This document shows, one piece after another, positions 15,983 through 17,241 of a stretch of 17,241 nt of DNA; within the stretch, counting starts at the first letter, position 1, and the number at the start of each line of letters is the position of its first letter. A model generated the notes under the pieces. It did no database searches. It was not told the origin of the DNA and was given only the letters and a program-made list of their open reading frames with translations. Both the position numbers and the translations under genes were made by a program. Origin of the DNA: Bdellovibrionota bacterium (lineage in GTDB: Bacteria > Bdellovibrionota_C > UBA2361 > JBIKWN01); contig JBIKWN010000053.1 of the NCBI GenBank assembly GCA_044356295.1, positions 1 through 17,241 on the forward strand, given 5' to 3'.

Positions 15983-17241
15983 GTGTCTAAAAAATTAAGT
16001 AAACCATTTGTTCTAAACGTGAATATAAAAGCGATTCTTCCATTCATCATAACCACTTTACTCTGCATTCTTGCTCTATCATTTATACCTGGAATATTAG
16101 AGCCCGATAGATACTTAGGATGGGACATCCCTCTCCATTTTGCAGCATTCAGCGAATTTAGAGAGCCATTTTACAAGAATAATTTCCTTAGTTTTTATTA
16201 TTATTCAGATAGTTGGTTTGGAGGATCGACTATTTTTAAGTATTACCAATCGTTAGTCTTTATTATACTCAATTTTTTAACTCTCTTAACATCAATTAAC
16301 CCCAATATTCTATTTAGAGTCTTTGAAATACTAGCTTTTATCTTACCGGCTTTTTCCCTTCAGTTTCTTAGTTTTGCATTGTTAAAAATCTGTAATTACT
16401 CAAAAAAAGAATGCTCATGGTTGAGCATTCTTCCAGCTTTAATTTGGCTCCTTTTCCCACGTTCAATGGCGTGGACATCTTTTGGTCTTGCTGGCATTAC
16501 GACTGGCATGATTAATAGTGGATTTGGTATTGGCTTTTTTAACATTGCTATTGCTTTCCTCCTCCTTTTTGTATTCCAAAAACAATCTAGAATTTTTTTC
16601 TATTCCGCATGTCTTTTTACTAGTTTAACTGCATTAACTCACATGATTGCATCATTAGCGCTCGCAATCGTGATTTTTGTGCTATTAATAACTAATTATA
16701 GGAGATTCACGCTCAACAATATCATTACTAGTTTAGTTTTAATCTGCGCATCTTGTGCTTGGTGGTATATCGGGTTCAGTACTGGAAGTTGGATTATTAA
16801 TTCAAGAGTTATGCCTGGATTAGCTTCTAATTTATTTATTCTACCTTTAAATTATTATGAGATATTTAAATTAAATTTCTGGGGAGTTCACTGGATACAA
16901 ATCTTCTTCTTTGTATTGATATTTTTTGGTTTTATCCAATCACAAACGTATCGTATTCGCGTCATCAGTTGGATTGCTTTTTTTGGTCATGTATTCTTAG
17001 TTTCTGACTTTATTTCTCCATATCTTGAAAACGGATTGCACTTTTATCGATTTTTTCCTTTTTTCTATTCTTTATTAATTGCAATTTCGCCACTTGGTCT
17101 AAATGTAGTTTACCGAAAATGGCTCCATCCGTACCGTTTCATCTGTTTAACTTTTTTATGCGTTCTCGTATCTGATAGCTTCATCGGTCAAAAATGGAAT
17201 CTCCAGAGTGATGAAGAGTTCAATGAACCTTTGTATAAATA
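15983..17241 (+). CDS. Polytopic membrane protein, GT-C-fold glycosyltransferase-like ('PTPS-related'/YfhO-type); 3'-truncated, missed by the ORF track
   Basis: Manual translation from GTG 15983 (or GTG 16019) is stop-free to the window end (~419 codons). TM1 is followed by the loop GWDIPLH...WFGGSTIFKYYQSL; later motifs are LTALTH, CAWWY and HFYRFFPF, with many hydrophobic segments. Confidence 0.8.
   Translation, partial: MSKKLSKPFVLNVNIKAILPFIITTLLCILALSFIPGILEPDRYLGWDIPLHFAAFSEFREPFYKNNFLSFYYYSDSWFGGSTIFKYYQSLVFIILNFLTLLTSINPNILFRVFEILAFILPAFSLQFLSFALLKICNYSKKECSWLSILPALIWLLFPRSMAWTSFGLAGITTGMINSGFGIGFFNIAIAFLLLFVFQKQSRIFFYSACLFTSLTALTHMIASLALAIVIFVLLITNYRRFTLNNIITSLVLICASCAWWYIGFSTGSWIINSRVMPGLASNLFILPLNYYEIFKLNFWGVHWIQIFFFVLIFFGFIQSQTYRIRVISWIAFFGHVFLVSDFISPYLENGLHFYRFFPFFYSLLIAISPLGLNVVYRKWLHPYRFICLTFLCVLVSDSFIGQKWNLQSDEEFNEPLYK

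Noticed and set aside
121..16128. Short overlapping ORFs from the track (e.g. 121-354, 1190-1393, 1918-2238, 2797-2979, 5956-6276, 6568-6870, 8572-8757, 8845-9126, 10177-10383, 12510-12836, 15889-16128)
   Set aside because: All lie within or opposite well-supported genes and show no motifs of their own.
15983..17241. Link between the 'PTPS-related' gene and queuosine biosynthesis (QueD)
   Set aside because: The protein is a polytopic membrane protein with no T-fold/QueD motifs; the family name is misleading.
1..17241. tRNA/rRNA, CRISPR array, transposase/integrase or prophage
   Set aside because: No cloverleaf, regularly spaced repeats, terminal inverted repeats or recombinase motifs were seen by eye; intergenic gaps are short.

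Overview
AT-rich bacterial chromosomal window; the gene content and style suggest a Bdellovibrionota/deltaproteobacterial-like lineage (inference only). The left part holds a 5'-truncated OmpR/PhoB-family response regulator overlapping a GT2 glycosyltransferase, a small membrane-anchored hypothetical protein, and a secreted S8 subtilase with a long Thr-X linker. The middle is housekeeping: MBL-fold hydrolase, coaBC, a 132-aa orphan with a degenerate UDG/HolD-like pattern, an SPFH protein and queA, followed by tgt-yajC-secD-secF. The classic queA-tgt junction is split by an opposite-strand 486-aa orphan with a GNAT/DUF535-like C-terminus and a symmetric divergent promoter. The right end has the best candidate for an undescribed system. 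It is a tightly coupled operon of a small secreted protein with periodic His-x3-Ser motifs, a Cys-rich lipoprotein of unknown function, and a GT-C-like polytopic membrane protein (15983 to the window end) that the ORF track missed. No RNA genes, CRISPR arrays or mobile elements were seen.
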